From contig CM022671.1 in the NCBI GenBank assembly GCA_012295275.1, positions 29,450,001-29,514,000 on the forward strand: a stretch of 64,000 nucleotides of DNA. Direction: 5' to 3'. Positions 62,171 to 64,000 of this stretch are shown in pieces. Every line of letters starts with the position of its first letter. Position 1 is the first letter of the stretch. Made by a program: the position numbers and the translations under genes. Source of the DNA: Chrysomallon squamiferum. Lineage: Eukaryota; Animalia; Mollusca. The notes under the pieces are model-generated. The model saw only the letters and a program-made list of their open reading frames with translations. It was not told the origin of the DNA and made no database searches.

Positions 62171-63379
62171 ATGACAGAAACCGCGTTACCTAATATCAGT
62201 GCAGTAGTATCTACTTCTTATTATTTAGTAACAGAAAAATCAACAGAAAATGTCACCTCTTTCGTAGCACTGAAATACGATCATGGCATATTTTTACCAT
62301 TTTTCTTGCTTTTCTTGACGGCTGCAATAGAAAATGTAATAGGATGTATCGTTTTAATCAAAAAGAAGAAAAATAATGACGCAATTTCAACTGCTTTGGT
62401 TGGCTTGGCAGTTAGTGGAGTATTATACTCTCTGTGTGGGTTGCTGAATCTTTCCATCTATCTGTACGTCACTCTGAGAAATCCTTACACCGTCCGTTTT
62501 ATATATTGCAGCGTAACATTCTTCGCTCTGTTGTTATTCGTTCTTTACTCTGCTGAACAAATGCTGATAGTTAGCATAATTCGTGTGTTTTCAGTTTCAA
62601 ACATTCAGTCGGTGTCTGCCTCCGATCGACAGTTCTCAAACAAAAAAGCCACAGTTTTAACCACTGCATCGTGGATTGTTTCAGCACTGGCCTGTATGAC
62701 CACCATGGCGATAGATCATAGTGATCATTCACACGATCCATTATTTTGCAGGTTTAGATCCACACCTGGTGCATTTCCTTTGACAACTAGATTTCTAATT
62801 TTTATGTACAGTATCTGTTACTTAGCCTGTGTAATGCTGTATGGAATTTCCATAGCAATACTCATCCGGCTGCATCTACGACGAAGGAAAATAGCTGTAT
62901 TAAGGACGCCAAAGACGACGACTCCAATCCAGTCAAAAACATCAGACAATTATAAAATTTCACATCCAGAATCATTACAAGTCGAGAGCGTATCTACGAA
63001 GGAAAACATTCATCGTGATCAGCATTGTTTAAAACAAAAACCAAACCCAGTTGCAGAATTAATAATGGAATCAGTCCCTAGCACATCGAATAAAGAACAC
63101 GGCGGATCAAAAGATGTCGAAAAACAAACGTTTCACAAGCGTTCAAAAGTTCTTGTGGCGACATATATCGTTGGACTGTTAATTTTTGTTCATTCCGCCT
63201 CACTGATCCCTTGGATAGTGCAACTGATCCTTGCAACAAATCACAGGGAATCTGTCGATCGGATATTTAAGTCTATGGTGGTATCAATGGTAAATTTTCT
63301 AGTGAACCCATTCATTTATTTAATGTCTTTATCTGAAGTGAGAATAAGTGTTTTTAGGTGTTTAAAGTGCCGAAAATAA
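62171..63379 (+). CDS. Intronless, divergent rhodopsin-like (class A) 7TM receptor; orphan, 402 aa
   Basis: Seven hydrophobic segments. N-terminal N-glycosylation sequons NIS and NVT; TM1 Asn (IEN); TM2 LAVSG; TM3 Cys and SIIRV; TM4 Trp; ECL2 Cys; TM5 Tyr; long ICL3; TM6 Pro (LIPW); TM7 NPFIY; helix 8 with C-terminal cysteines. Confidence 0.85.
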   Translation: MTETALPNISAVVSTSYYLVTEKSTENVTSFVALKYDHGIFLPFFLLFLTAAIENVIGCIVLIKKKKNNDAISTALVGLAVSGVLYSLCGLLNLSIYLYVTLRNPYTVRFIYCSVTFFALLLFVLYSAEQMLIVSIIRVFSVSNIQSVSASDRQFSNKKATVLTTASWIVSALACMTTMAIDHSDHSHDPLFCRFRSTPGAFPLTTRFLIFMYSICYLACVMLYGISIAILIRLHLRRRKIAVLRTPKTTTPIQSKTSDNYKISHPESLQVESVSTKENIHRDQHCLKQKPNPVAELIMESVPSTSNKEHGGSKDVEKQTFHKRSKVLVATYIVGLLIFVHSASLIPWIVQLILATNHRESVDRIFKSMVVSMVNFLVNPFIYLMSLSEVRISVFRCLKCRK

Positions 63380-63403
63380 AATTTAAAAACTCCCAACAAA
63401 ACA

Positions 63404-63439
<36 letters not shown>

Positions 63440-64000
63440 TAAAATCTCAGAAAAAAAGAAAGTAAAAAAAACAACCGAAAATAATACAAACATATTTAAA
63501 GAAGAAATAAATCTTAAAACCGTATTTTTTATTTTAGGCTCATTCACAATTACTGTACGCATTATATCGCATGTGAGTAAAGTCTAAGACATGCTAAACG
63601 TGTTTATATCAAAATTCTCTAAGCACTGCATACCCCTCGGTCCTTTATATATTCATTATTTTCAATCAGAAAAACAAAAACATCCCAAGAAGATTATAAC
63701 ATTATACATAGGATAAACGTAATTCCTAAACAAACAAAACATTAAAAACACGATGAACCTTTCTGAAAGTGTCTCCATAAATCAGAGACAGTTCTTTCAA
63801 AAAAGAAGGGAAAAAAATAATAAGAATAAAAAACAAAAACAAAATTAAACAAAATTTAAAAAATTAAAAATTAAAAATTAAAAAATTAATGAATAAAAAT
63901 GAAACATGTAACAATAATAATAATAACAACAACAACAACAATTATTATTTTTATATAAATATAAAACTGGAATTGTGAGCATCATGATTATTATTATTAT

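Overview
AT-rich eukaryotic genomic DNA with GT-AG introns and many microsatellites; probably an invertebrate, most likely a gastropod mollusc (inferred from the SINE-like relics and gene content). I reconstructed six protein-coding genes by hand from splice sites and reading-frame phase. (1) The 5' end of NEDD1 (minus strand) sits head-to-head with (2) an MBD4/MeCP2-family gene (plus, 2626-10912, about 1044 aa). That gene has two tandem methyl-CpG-binding domains from an exon-pair duplication, an AT-hook, a MeCP2-like KLVVKMNF motif and an intact HhH-GPD glycosylase. (3) A full-length CCDC66-like gene (minus, 38555-19053, about 28 exons, about 1270 aa) carries a four-fold repeated exon module. 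(4) A diverged, C-terminally truncated CCDC66 paralog (plus, 39394-50587, 421 aa) lies head-to-head with it, with the two ATGs about 840 bp apart. (5) MRPL46 (minus) and (6) an intronless, divergent class A GPCR follow. The most unusual features are the two-MBD gene with fully phase-symmetric N-terminal exons and a possible glycosylase-less isoform, and the inverted CCDC66 pair. All gene models are unsupported by transcript data, and family assignments come from remembered motifs, not database searches.
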